In this document: positions 26,576 through 39,270 of the stretch, piece after piece
Numbering within the stretch: position 1 is the first letter of the stretch
Layout: each line of letters opens with the position of its first letter
Source of the DNA: Mobula hypostoma
Taxonomy: Eukaryota
Length of the DNA: 64,000 bases
Direction: 5' to 3'
Assembly: GCF_963921235.1 (NCBI RefSeq)
Contig: NC_086097.1
Location: forward strand, 139,006,001-139,070,000
Notes under the pieces: generated by a model
What the model was told of the DNA's origin: nothing
The model's database searches: none
The model's input: the letters and a program-made list of their open reading frames with translations, nothing else
Position numbers and translations under genes: made by a program

Positions 26576-27236
26576 TACATTCATACTTTGATAATAAATG
26601 TACTTTGAATCTCCAGTATTCCTCTGGTAGACAATTAGCTACTGGAAATTAATTTGCAAAGGAAAATACCGGCAATGTTGCATCCTAAGCTGCCATTCTG
26701 CCATTGCAGAAGCTCCATAGTGGATGGTTCACTTTGCCTAAAGCATATTTTAGCAGGTATCAAACAGAAATAACTGTGACCAGATGATTCACTTTGCTCT
26801 GTCGACACACCAAGATATGTGAATGAATGTACTTTTGCCAAAATGTTCACTATATATTCCCCAGAAACAGCTGTTTGAAATCAAATTGACTGATAAGAGT
26901 TAATAGCTTTAACACCATTACCTGGAGGATAATTTATAAACCATGTGAAGGAGAAAGAAAATCTAAAGTAAACTGCCACAATCTTTAGTTCAGAGAGAGA
27001 ACAGCAAAATCAGTGACAAGTATCTGAGATTAGGAAGGACACTGAACTCAATTACAAATAACAAATCACTATAGTTGAGTGGAATCAGCTTTAAAGCAAC
27101 CATCCTCAGTGCTGCCTGTTGTTTTATGGAAGGTCACGGCGAAAAGTCACGGGTAGTGAGGAGGCTGCAGGGTTGGAGAAGTGAGTTACAGGAGCTGAAC
27201 TGAGGTGGTAGAGGAGACAAGCCCTGGCTTTCTCCT

Positions 27237-28827
27237 TTGGTAGAGGAACATGATGAAAACACCACGGTGGGCTTCACAGCTGAACAGGTGAGAAGACAGC
27301 TGAAACGTCTCAACCCAAGCAAGGCTGCAGGACTGGATGGTGTCAGTACCAGGGTGCCCAAAGCCTGTGCCCCTCAGCTACATGGAGTACTTCGCCATGT
27401 ATTTAACCTGAGCCTGGGGCTCCGGAGGGTTCCTGTGCTGTGGAAGACGTCCTGCCTCGTCCCTGTGCCGAAGACGCCGCGCCCCAGCGGCCTCAATGAC
27501 TACAGACCGGCGGCATTGACCTCCCACATCATGAAGACCCTAGAGAGACTTGTTCTGGAGCTGCTCCGGCCTATGGTCAGGCCACACTTAGATCCCCTCC
27601 AGTTCGCCTACCAGCCCCGACTAGGAGTTGAGGATGCCATTGCCTACCTGCTGAACCGTGTCTATGCCCACCGGGACAAGCCAGCGAGCACTGTGAGGGT
27701 CATGTTTTTTGACTTCTCCAGTGCGTTCAACACCATCCGCCCTGCTCTGCTGGGGGAGAAGCTGACAGCAATGCAGGTGGATGCTTCCCTAGTGTCATGG
27801 ATTCTTGATTACCTGACTGGCAGACCACAGTACGTGTGCTTGCAACATTGTGTGTCCAACAGAGTGATCAGCAGCACTGGGGCTCCACAGGGGACTGTCT
27901 TGTCTCCCTTACTCTTCACCACTTACACCTCGGACTTCAACTACTGCACAGAGTCTTGTCATCTTCAGAAGTTTTCTGATGACTCTGCCATAGTTGGATG
28001 CATCAGCAAGGGAGATGAGGCTGAGTACAGGGCTACGGTAGGAAACTTTGTCACATGGTGTGAGCAGAATTATCTGCAGCTTAATGTGAAAAAGACTAAG
28101 GAGCTGGTGGTAGACCTGAGGAGAGCTAAGGTACCGGTGACCCCTGTTTCCATCCAGGGGGTCAGTGCGGACATGGTGGAGGATTACAAATACCTGGGGA
28201 TACGAGTTGACAATAAACTGGACTGGTCAAAGAACACTGAGGCCGTCTACAAGAAGGGTCAGAGCCATCTCTATTTCCTGAGGAGACTGAGGTCCTTTAA
28301 CATCTGCCGGACGACGCTGAGGATGTTCTACGTGTCTGTGGTGGCCAGTGCTATCATGTTTGCTGTTGTGTGCTGGGGCAGCAGGCTGAGGGTAGCAATC
28401 ACCAACAGAATCAACAAACTCATTCGTAAGGCTAGTGATGTTGTGGGGATGGAACTGGACTCTCTCACGGTGGTGTCTGAAAAGAGGATGCTGTCCAAGT
28501 TGCATGCCATCTTGGACAATGTGTCCCATCCACTACATAATGTACTGGGTGGGCACAGCAGTACATTCAGCCAGAGACTCATTCCACCGAGATGCAACAC
28601 AGAGCGTCATAGGAAGTCATTTTTGCCTGTGGCCATCAAACTTTACAACTCCTCCCTTGGAGGGTCAGACACCCTGAGCCAATAGGCTAGTCCTGGACTT
28701 ATTTCCTGGCATATTTTACATATTACTATTTAACTATTTATGGTTTTATTACTATTTATTATTTATGGTGCAACTGTAACGAAAACCAATTTCCCCCGGG
28801 ATCAATAAAGTATGACTATGACTATGA
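27237..28827 (+). mobile_element. Young 5'-truncated Rex1/Babar LINE with an open RT frame (27237-28685)
   Basis: 482-aa ORF: KAAGLDG, LDPLQFAY, MFFDFSSAFNTI, GAPQGTVLSP, QKFSDD, YKYLG; AATAAA plus (GACTAT)n tail; GC- and CpG-rich. Confidence 0.93.
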
Positions 28828-29239
28828 AGCAGCCGACAATGGCACTGGTGAGCTCAGTCTGCTTAAGCAAGGTGGCAGGAAATCATTGATTTTCTCTGGA
28901 GGTTGCAGAGATAGGCAGTGAAACTGAAGATGATCAGGCAAGTCACAAGCATTTGGGTTATGACATTAACAACTGCAGAAATAAATTAGACCAAAGGCAG
29001 AAAGGAAACAAATGTAAGCTCATAGATGCCAATTATCAGTGAGCAAGGGAAGAGGATAAACACCTTATTCTTCCCAATCACCAACAATATCACAGCCTAA
29101 ACATTAATTACTTTTCTGCACAACACCTTCCATTACAAAAGACAAATATGAAACAAAAACAAAAGTAATTGCTATGACCCTATCTCACAATCTGAAAAGC
29201 CATGTAACAAGAATAAATTAATGATCAATACATGTAAAC

Positions 29240-29245
29240 GTGCTC

Positions 29246-29296
<51 letters not shown>

Positions 29297-29346
29297 GGCC
29301 CCTGCGCAAGGATGACACGCAAATTCGTGAAGCGTTCCATATTTTT
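29240..29346 (+). pseudogene. RNU6: U6 snRNA processed retrocopy (full length)
   Basis: GTGCTCGCTTCGGCAGCAC...ACAGAGA...GCGTTCCATATTTTT, with no difference I can see from canonical vertebrate U6. It is followed by a G-A9-G-A9-G-A11 tail and flanked by a 13-bp direct repeat AATACATGTAAAC (29227-29239 and 29377-29389). Confidence 0.95.
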
Positions 29347-30129
29347 GAAAAAAAAAGAAAAAAAAAGAAAAAAAAAAATACATGTAAACATGAACTTTGC
29401 TTGGGATTCCTCCAACAATTAAATGCCCCATTAAATGATGAAGCAGAAATGTTAATGAATGGGAAATGCACATACTATTATCCAGTTCCTTTTTAAGATA
29501 GTAAAATACATTATAAAACAACACACACACACACACACAAAATGTTGGACTGGAAAGGAGGGGTGGAAACACCAGAATAAAGACGAGGAGAAAGAAGACT
29601 AACTAGAAGGTGATAGGTGAAGCTCGGTGAATGGAAATGGTAAAGGCTGGAGAAGGACTCTGATGGGATACATTACAAAATACATACTGCTCATATCTAA
29701 ACTATTGCAGTCCCAATTCAGAGTACAAAACCTGGAAAGAAAGATTTGCATGCGTTTGGCACCTTTCACTGCCATGTAGTGTAGATTCTATTGAAATGCA
29801 GGATGCACAGCAATCAGTTTGCACAGAACAAATTCCATAAAAAAGAACAAAATAAGATAATTTCAGTCATGTGTAAAGGATAAATATTGCCCTAAGGACA
29901 GGGAGAAGAACATGCCTGCTGCTTTTCAAAATAATGGCAGGGAATCATTGATGTCCCAAAAGAATAGATAAGGCCTCTGTTTAATGTCCCATCTGAAAGA
30001 AAATCCTCATTTACCAATTCAGCAATTCCCCAATTGAGCACTGTGGCTTCAGGCAAAATTATATGCTGAAGTTCTGTATTCAGTGAGGGAGGGGAACCAG
30101 AAAGTAAACATCCATAAGTTAGGTAGTTC

Positions 30130-30565
30130 AACATCTGTAATAGGGAAAATATTAGAAGGTGTTATAAAAGGGAACTCAGAAAACTGAAAGGTAATCAGTC
30201 AAAATTAACTACTATTCTGTGAAAGGGAAGTGATGTTTTAAAATATACTGGAGACCCTTGGAAGAAACGTGTGCCATAGATAAAGCAGAACGTGGATAAG
30301 GCACGCTAGATTATCAGATCATACTTGATAAGGCTTCACATCAAAGGTTATTGGGTAAAATAAAGGGTTATGGTTTAAGAAAAGCATATTAATTGGAGAG
30401 TTGGCTGGTTAATGGGAAATAGAGAGTAGGGTTAAATGAGTCTTTTCCTAGTTGACAAGATGCAGGAAAGATGTGTCACAGATATCTTTGCTGAGACCTC
30501 AATGTTTTCAACTGATGCAAATGCCTCAGGTGGAAACACGGCTGCTAAATTTGCTGAGGACACAT
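30130..30565 (+). mobile_element. Very degraded CR1 RT fragment
   Basis: Remnants of DK..H.RLL.KIK..G and AKFAEDT motifs. Confidence 0.55.
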
Positions 30566-30764
30566 TGACAGCAGTATGGTAGCATAGTGGTTAGCAGTGT
30601 TTTATAGTACAGGCAACCCAGGCTCAATGCTTAGCGAGGTATTGAGTTGGAGAATCTATCCTACTGAGATGGGCCTCAGGGGAATCTGAGGGAGCTAGTA
30701 AACTCCCTCAAGTGTTCCCTTGCATTTCTCATACTCACTTGCATCGTTTGAACTTAATTGCTTG

Positions 30765-32650
30765 TATCAGAATCAGGTTTAATATCACTGGCATATGTCA
30801 TGAAATTTGTTGTTTTGTGGCAGCAGTACATAGCAAGACATATAAATTTAAAAATCCACATGTTACAATAAGAAATATAAATAAAAAATTAGAGTAAGTG
30901 GTGTAAAAAGAGGGCAATAAAAAGCAAAATTCTGAGGTAGTGTACATAAATTCATTGTCCATTCAGAAAGCTGATGGCGGATGGGAAGAAACTGTTCCTG
31001 AAACGTTGAGTGTGTGTCTTCAGGCTCCTGTACCTCCTCCTTGATAATAACAATGAGAAGAGGGCATGTTCTGAGTGATGGCAGTCCTTAATGACGGATA
31101 CTGCTTTTTTGAGACATCTCTTTTTGAAGATGTTCTTGATGCTAGGGAGGTTATTGGCCCTGATGGAGCTGGCTGAATTTATAAATTTCTGAAGCTTTTT
31201 CTGGTCCTGTGCAGTGGCCCTATCATCCCAGACAGTGATGCCACCAGTTAGTATGCTCTCCATGGTACATCTGTAGAAACTTGCGAGAATCTTTGGTGAC
31301 GTACCAATTATCTTAAAATTCCAAATGAAATAAAACCACTGTTGTGTCTTCTTTGTAATTGCATCAATAATGTTGGGTCCAGGATAGATCTTCAGAGATG
31401 CTGACACCCAGGAACTTGAAACTGCTCACCCTTCCACTGCTGATCCCTCAGTGAGGACTGATGTGTGATCCCTCGATCTCCCCTTCCTAAAGCCCACAAT
31501 CAATTCCTTGGTCATACTGACATTGAGTGCAAGGTTGTTGTGACACCAATCAACCAATCCTGTACATCTTCTCATCACCATCTGATATTCTACCAAAAAT
31601 AATTGTGTCATCAGCAAATTTATAGATGATGTTTGAGCTGTGCCAGTGTTGATTGTCAGCGAGAAAATTTTATTTCCACTACACACTTAACTGTGTTGAA
31701 CGCTGAGATGTAATCAATAAACAGCAGCATGACATAGATATTGCTATTGTCCAAGTGATCCGACGCCAAGCAGGTCCAGCTCTTTGCCTAGCATGACCAA
31801 CCTCAGAAAGCATTTCATCACAGATGTGAGGTCCACTGTGCGATAGTCATTGAGGAAACTTTGCCTACTGTTCTTGGGCACTGGTATGATCGTCACCTTT
31901 TTGAAGACAGTGGGAACCCTTTACTGCAGCGGCGAGAAATTGAAGTTGGTCCTTGAAAGCAAATGCCTGTTGGTTGGCACAGGGTTTCAGTGCCCTACCA
32001 GGTACACCACCAGCACCTGGTGCTTTGCGAGGATTTCACCCTCTTGAAAGATGTCCTGACGTTGGCTTCCAAGACAGTCACTGGATGCTGCAAGGATTCG
32101 CACAGTTGTAGTTTTATCCTCCCTTTCAAAGCGTGCATAAAAGGTATTAGGTTCAGCCGGCAGTGAAGCATGCAGCTGTTTATGGCGTCAGGTTTCACCT
32201 TGTAGGAAGTAATGGCTCGCAAACCCTGCCAGAGCTGACATGCAACCGATTCTGTCTCTAACTTCAATCAGAATTGTCTTCTCGCTCTTGGTTGTCTATA
32301 GGTCGTACCTGGACCCGGTTCTGGGTCACCGGTCTTCAATGCCACAGATCTAGCCGTCAGCAGACTATGAATCTGCTGGTTCATCCACAGCTTTTGGGTT
32401 GAGTATGTCCTGTATGTTCTCAAAGGGACACACTCATCCACACAGGTCTTGAAGTTGGTGACTACTGTAGTGCATTCATTCAGAATCGAAGACGAAGCCT
32501 TGAATTTGTCTCCGACTCAAGGTAATCCTATAAGCACACCTCTGCTTTCCTGGAACATACCTTCTTAGTCCTCACCACAGGTGCTGCAGTCTTTAGTCTT
32601 TGCCCGTACACAAGGAGAAGTAGTACAGTCGGATGATCAGACTTTCTAAA
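30765..32650 (-). mobile_element. Degraded Rex1/Babar-type LINE
   Basis: LWQGLRAITSYK, KELIVGFRK, FYRCTMESILTGGITVW, FRNSFFPSAI; (TGATTC) tail at ~30766-30776. Confidence 0.85.
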
Positions 32651-32664
32651 GTGTGGGCATGGGA

Positions 32665-32940
32665 GGCACATATAATCCGGGAGTCTCGTTCTCATCCACA
32701 GAATCTCGTGTCTATTGCTTTAATCAGTAAATCTCCTATCGCTACTGCCTGCCTCAACTCCCCCCACCCCGCCCTTTCCCTTCTGAGCCACAGAGCCAGA
32801 GACCCGACCAGTCTCTGACTTTCCCTTGCAAGGTCATTCCCCAACAGTATCCAAAACGATACACTTGTTATTGAGGGGAACAGCCATAGGGGTACCCTTC
32901 TCTGACTGCCTATTCCCTTTCTCTGCAATAACAGTCATCA
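32665..32940 (-). mobile_element. CR1 ORF1 (esterase-like) fragment
   Basis: AVAIGDLLIKAIDTRFCG resembles the CR1 ORF1 GDS motif (VIGDSIVRGTDRRFCG). Confidence 0.65.
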
Positions 32941-34297
32941 GGGCTACAAAACAGGTAATTCTGAGAAGAGCCTCCCACCAAACAACAACCAAGTGAAGTA
33001 CTCATAGGAACTGCACAATGAAAATCTCACTTATCAATTAACATCAAGGATGAGGCTGATTTTGAAAACATGAAATATTGAGATAACAAAGTTGATTGAG
33101 AGAAGGAGTCTGCACACAACCACAAAGAGCAAACAGCAACTGTTTCCGATGCATTACCAATCAATGGGTTTTTAGCTATCCCTCAGAATTAAAGAGTGTA
33201 AAGCATTTTCACCTTCAGGATAACAGTTCAATGTTTTTCTTTAAGAAACAATACATCACAATATAGATTTTTTTTACACCTAGCAACAAATAATGATTTA
33301 ACCAATAAGGTACAGTACACCAACCATTAATTTCTGATTGATTTTCTTTATTTGTGTTTTCCCCAGGTTTAAATATTTCCCTTCTGTGTGTATTATTCCC
33401 CACTAGAACCTTACAACTGGACCAAATATAGAAGTTAGAGGTCTAAGGAGAGTTTTCTCTTGACTAGCTATGTGAAGCAATGTGCTTCAGTTAATAACTT
33501 GTGAAGTATAATGCTCTGAGTCTGTTCACTGGCCACTGGACCTTCCCGTCCCTACAATTAAATTATGGACAGCAAATCCATAACAACAGCCACCCAGCAA
33601 ATATGCAACATGAATAAATGAGGCTCCTAAAACAGCCTGAAAAGGTGGCTCACTTCATCAACACCTTAGTCTCCACATTAACAAATCAATACATCCATCA
33701 TCACAGCATCAAGTTTGCAGCATGCACCATTTAAAAACTGTATTCCAGCTGAGAGGATAGGCTGTTCCATCATCTCCCAACCCGCAACTTCTATCACCTC
33801 GAAGGACGTAGTCAGTAAGCACAAAGGAACTCCAGTCACTGCATGTTCTCTTCTAGTCACACACCATTCTGTTGATGAAATTAGTCACTTCAGCAACACT
33901 GGGGCCAAAGCTGAGACTCTCAACCCAAAAGTATTGTGGGTCTATCATTACCAGACAAACGGCAATGGTTCAAGGAAGGTGGCTTACCTCCAGGGATAGC
34001 ATTAAATAATGGTCTTGCCAGGGGCATTCATGCCTCTTGAAGGAATAAACAAAATATATGCACAGATAGAATAAAGTACCTAAGATGATAATTCATTTCC
34101 GAACAAAGTACGACATATCCTGTTTATGAATGCGCTCATTAGAAGTTGTAAGAAACAGATTAGGGCATCTGGAAGAAACACAACAGCTGAGAAATTGCAT
34201 TAACACAGAAGCTAACATGTTGATAATTAATTGCCTGAAACACTTGAAGTACACATGACAAACTATGCACATAACAAAGTGAATACTAAGTTAGCTA

Positions 34298-34496
34298 CAC
34301 AAACACAAGGAAATCTGCAGATTCTGGAAATTCAAGCAACACACACAAAATGCTGGTGGAATGCAGCAGGCAAGGCAGCACCTATAGGAAGAAGTACAGT
34401 CAGGACCAAGGGTCTCGGCCCGAAACGTCAACTGTACTTCTTCCTATAGGTGCTGCCTTGCCTGCTGCGTTCCACCAGCATTTTGCGTGTGTTGAT
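34298..34496. mobile_element. Penelope-derived fold-back (hairpin) element
   Basis: Inverted arms of about 65 bp around a truncated hammerhead; flanked by TAAGTTAGCTA (34287-34297 / 34497-34507). Confidence 0.82.
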
Positions 34497-34509
34497 TAAG
34501 TTAGCTATA

Positions 34510-35281
34510 CACTCAGACCCTGCTTAACGCTGAGGATGTGCTACTTAGAGGTGGAGCGCTATGTAAATCAGTGCTGTGCGGGGTCATTGTAACATTACAT
34601 AAATGAACATGTGTGCCTGATAAAACAAAACTAAACCCCAGATATATATCATTTTATGTACACAAAGTAATTCAAACACGAAATAGGCCAACCCTGTACA
34701 TCAGTGGAGCAGCAACACATCGCAGCAGCAGCGGAGGGAATCAGGTGGTGGCTACATCTTAGAGGAGGAATCAGGCTGTGGGTCCTCCTCTAACGTTGGC
34801 TTCTTCTTGAAGCAGACGTCGAAATTTGACTGCCTTTTCTTAAGTTTTCTCTCATGAAGCAGTTCTGGGTAGCAGGAAATCATGTCGCAAACACCTTGCT
34901 TTGTCTTATTGCTTCACTCCCATTCAGGGCCATTCTGATCGTTGATGTAGCCAATTTCAAAGAGGCACCAACATCAACCTTTTCCTAGACATGTGTAGAC
35001 GTACCACCCTCTCTGGAAGTTGCAGGCCATTTTCCAGACATTATGGGTGAAAAAAATGGAATAACTTGACAAGGGAGCAAGAACATTTACACACGCGGGG
35101 GAGGAAGAGCATGCTCTGATTGGCTGATTGAATGTTTACTGTAATGGCTACTGCTCTTGAGAAGTTTTAAGTGTTGTTTAGAATTAATTTTTGTCATTTT
35201 TAAAAATTTTAGTAAAAAACTGAATAAGCGCTTTGTAATGGATCAGCGCTAAGCGGGGTAGTGTTATGTAGGGTCTGAGTG
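34510..35281 (-). mobile_element. Tigger/pogo-like non-autonomous DNA transposon
   Basis: TA-flanked TIRs CACTCAGACCCT / AGGGTCTGAGTG; transposase-like remnants (LATSTIR..., KKRQSNFDVCFKKKP) on the minus strand. Confidence 0.75.
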
Positions 35282-36169
35282 TATTTTACTGGCACATGGT
35301 CTTTATGACAAATGACTGACAAATTATAACTTATGACATCTTTCTCTAATGATTAAAGCTATTAATACTGGAGTAGCCGTCTTTCCAGAATGGGGGCTCA
35401 CCATTGATTTCAAAGCAATGGATTTACCGCAGAAAGTACCAGATATGACAGCTTGGACTAGCTGTAGTAGCTGGGTCCCTGTCTAAAAGATTCTTTTTAA
35501 TTTAGTTGCAAGTACAGAAAAATTCATTGGTTGGCAAACAGCCTGAGAATATATTTCACTGCTTATTAGATAAAACACATTTGATATAGGCACAACTCTT
35601 CACTGAGTTAAGTCTATTATAGGTCTTTCATAGATTAAATTATAAATTGCCCTTGGTCCACATCGTCAGTTGATTGGATTTGTTGGGCAGATCCATGCAG
35701 ACAAAATGAAGTCCAGCTTAAATTTCATTCAGTTTCAAGGCAATAGTTGACAAACCATATACTTTAAAATTAAGAAATATGAGGCCTTCTAGAGGGAAAA
35801 TTAGATGGGTACAAACGTGACGTGTTTAATAATTCATAGGTACAACAATCATCTGTCTTACTTTCCCATAAACATAAAAACTGATATACTAGTGTAATAT
35901 TTCATATGTTTAGATCTGCTTAGCATTCAGGTTACTGTGTTCTTTAACAAGGTGATTAATGTAGATTCCTACAGAATGATTTGGGCATTACCTCCGAGCT
36001 GCCACCTGCAAGTAGCCTCGGGGTGTGGGTGTGTGTGAGTGGGGGAATCAACACCAAATATCAGAAGATCAGCTAGACTTGTATATTTTAACTACAACAG
36101 CAGAAGGAGGGACTCCTGCAACAAGACCCTCAAAAGCCTTTCTACAATCTGTAAGACACGAGTCAGGAG

Positions 36170-36298
36170 ATTAAAACAGAAAGGAGAACACACAATGGTA
36201 CTGATTGATGAGTCAGCAGTGGAAAGCGTGAGCAGCATCAAGTTCCTGGGCAACAATAGCTCAGAGGATCTATTCTCGGCCCACATATTGATGTAATC
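36170..36298 (+). mobile_element. Rex1/Babar-type LINE, 5' half (continues at 47191-47730 after the ERV)
   Basis: AVESVSSIKFLG..SEDL..HIDV|ITKK continues across the ERV insertion. Confidence 0.8.
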
Positions 36299-36693
36299 TA
36301 TTGAGCACCTTTTTGCTATGTCTATAAAAAAACAATTAACTCAGAGTGGATTAATCATAAGCACATTTATTTTACTTGCTGCAAGGGAAGACCATCACCA
36401 CACAAGAGGCAGAGATAGCTTCCAAAACACAGACAGCATAGTCACTCCTTTATACCCAAATGTTCGCTATTGCACATCAGTTTAAAGTCAGGGTGCATTC
36501 CGTTCACGTGTTTAATCAATGTACTTGGCATTCTTCCAGTAATGAATCTGCTGGGTCTGCAGTTTGTCAAGGGATCAGGTTCCATTGGCATAATATTGCA
36601 CTAACGCTATTAGCAAATCGTTTTGGTACCATACAGATTCCATTTTTTTTAAACACAGAGATAAAATTGCCATTTTGTTACAAGTAAAATACA
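36299..36693 (-). mobile_element. 3' LTR of ERV copy B
   Basis: Begins TGT right after PPT AAAAGGGAGGGAA; minus-strand TATAAA (~36449-36454) and AATAAA (~36366-36371); homologous to 12621-12982 and 45656-47190. Confidence 0.85.
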
Positions 36694-37865
36694 TTCCCTC
36701 CCTTTTGTCACTTCATGACAACACTACATTTCACCGTATAGTCATTGAAATATGCATATAAATGATGCAGTTTCAAACCCAACCACAAAATTCCTCTTTT
36801 ATCCGTCCACTTCAATGAATACCCATTCCATTCCTTAATATCCTCTCCTTCGTCCTGTTATTTCATGCAACAATCGCACAAGAAATGATAGCCATTATAA
36901 TACCAATAGTTGTACCATAATACAGAATAGTTGCCCACCATCCATCTCCTGGAGTGTAATAGTTGTGATACTGATCCCTGACTTTCTTAATCTCTTTGGT
37001 AGCTTCATGGATGTGATTTGCCAAATTAGTTGTATTTTATGATTCAAGTATGTATGCAAGTACACCAATACAAATGCTCCCTTTTTCTAATAACATGCAA
37101 AGCCATCCTGTTCTGTAATGCTCCTGTACAAACAGCCATTAGTCTGCTGACAACTTGGTCAATACTTGTTGGGTTTGATCAAAGGCTTATGCAGTTTCAT
37201 TCACTATTTTCTCCAAAGCCAGTGCCATATTAATCAGTTCCCAGGAAAATCTCAGTGCCATATCCCGGAAAGGCAATCATTCAGAAACTCTCATCCTCTG
37301 TAATGACGTGCCGCTATACCAGTGGGTGGTGAGGTAGTGACACCAAGTATCACATTTGGGACACTTCCAAGGCTGTGACTCTCTCCACATCCCCTCATAC
37401 TTAAGGAACATGCGCTGCAGCAAGCGGTAGGCCCAGGAACCACATACCCAATAAATGCCATTCAGCGGACAGTGAGGACTGAGATTTGTCAGCTCCGTAC
37501 GTGTACCTTAACTGCTCCCTGATAGGGGCCCTGGCTCTTTCAGTTGCAGAGACGTGTTACCTGTATGGTGCGGTGCCCAGACTGGAGCCACTGCTGCCCC
37601 ACCCCACCCAAGTGATTACTCAGCAGAAGACAAGTAGTATCGTGGTTGACTGCATATTTCTGTGGCATTCATGGATTGGGTCTAGAATTCTTTATTGTGT
37701 GGCTGTATCTTACTTATATCTTTATATGCTTGCTATCTTGTACAGGTACTTGCTATGTGTGCTTTGTGCTGTATAACTGTTGGTACTATGTTTTGCACCT
37801 CGGCCCCGGAGTAATGCTGTCTTATTTGGCTGTAATCATGGGTATTCATGTATGGTTGAATGCTA

Positions 37866-39270
37866 CACAGCTTTAGACCACCTGGACAACACAAACACCT
37901 ATGTCAGGATGCTGTTCATCAACTATAGCTCAGCATTTAATACCATCATTCCCACAATCCTGATTAAGAAGTTGCAGATCCTGGGCCTCTGTACCTCCAT
38001 CCACAATTGGATTCTTGACTTCCTAACCTGAAGACCAAAATCTGTGTGGATTGGTAATAACATATCCTCCGTGTTGATGATCAACACTAGTGCACCTCAG
38101 GGGTGTGTGCTTTGCCCACTGCTCTACTCTCTATATACATATGACTGTGTGGCTAGGCATAGCTCAAATATATCCATAAATTTGCTGATGATACAACCAT
38201 TGTTGGTAGAATCTCAGGTGGTGACGAGAAAGCGTACAGGAGTGAGATATGCCAACTACTGAAGTGGTGCTGCAGCAACAACCTGGCACTCAACGTCAGT
38301 AAGGTGAAAGAGCTGATTATGGACTTCAGGAAGGGTAAGACAAAGGAACACATACCAATCCTCATAGAGGGATCAGAAGTGGAAAGAGTGAGCAGTTTCA
38401 AGTTCCTGGGTGTCAAGATCTCTGAGGATCTAACCCGGTCCCAACATATCAATGTAGTTATAAAGAAAGCAAGACAGTGGCTACACTTTATTAGGAGTTT
38501 GAAGAGATTTAGCACGTCAACAAATACACTCAAAAACTTCTATAGATGTACCGTGGAGAGCATTCTGACAGGCTGCATCACTGTCTGGTATGGGGGATGG
38601 GGGGGAGGGGGCTACTGCTCAGGACCGAAAGAAGCTACAGGGGGTTGAAAATCCAGTCAGCTCCATCTTGGGTACTAGCCTACAAAGTATGCAGGACATC
38701 TTCAGGGGGTGGTGTCTCAAAAAGGCAGCACCCATTATTAAGGACTTCCAGCACCCAGGGCATGCCCTTTTCTCACTATTACCATCAGGAAGGAGGTACA
38801 GAAGCCTGAAGGCACACACTCAGTGATTCAGGAATACCTTCTCCGCCCCCCCCCCCACTTTCAAATCTCTTACTAGCTCTTCTTTCAGTTAGTCCTGACA
38901 AAGGGTCTCGGCCCGAAACGTCGACTGTACCTCTTCCTAGAGATGCTGCCGGGCCTGCTGCGTTCACCAGCAACTTTTATGTGTGTTGCTTGAAATTTCA
39001 GCATCTGCAGATTTCCTCGCGTTTACACCTTCTTCCCCTTTGCCATCCGATTCCTAAATGGACAGTGAACCCTTGAACACTACCTCACTTTTTAAAATAT
39101 ACAGTATTTCCATTTTTTTGCACATTTTTTAATCTATTCGATATATGTATACTGTAATTGATTACTTATTTATTTTTTTTTCTCTTCTATATTATGTATT
39201 GCATTGAACTACTGCTGCTAAGTTAACAAATTTCATGTCACGTGCTGGTGATAATAAACCTGATTCTGAT
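37866..39270 (+). mobile_element. Rex1/Babar-type LINE, degraded RT and 3' UTR, inserted in the ERV
   Basis: [61 protein letters not shown] plus (TGATTC)-type tail. Confidence 0.85.
38843..39026 (+). mobile_element. Penelope pseudo-LTR 3' fragment with mutated hammerhead (38891-38926)
   Basis: AGTCCTGACAAAGGGTCTCGGCCCGAAACGTCGACT...GATTTCCTCGCGTTT; short direct repeat ACCTTCT on both flanks, inside a Rex1 LINE. Confidence 0.82.

Noticed and set aside
27134..27236. Possible 5' inversion (twin priming) of the young Rex1 copy
   Set aside because: Composition is suggestive, but I cannot confirm homology or a TSD without the family consensus.
29172..29572. Three overlapping ORFs across the U6 copy
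   Set aside because: Spurious translations of U6 and its A-tail.
36900..37640. ERV env as a domesticated (syncytin-like) gene
   Set aside because: Both env copies have multiple stops, frameshifts, deletions and insertions; there is no long ORF.
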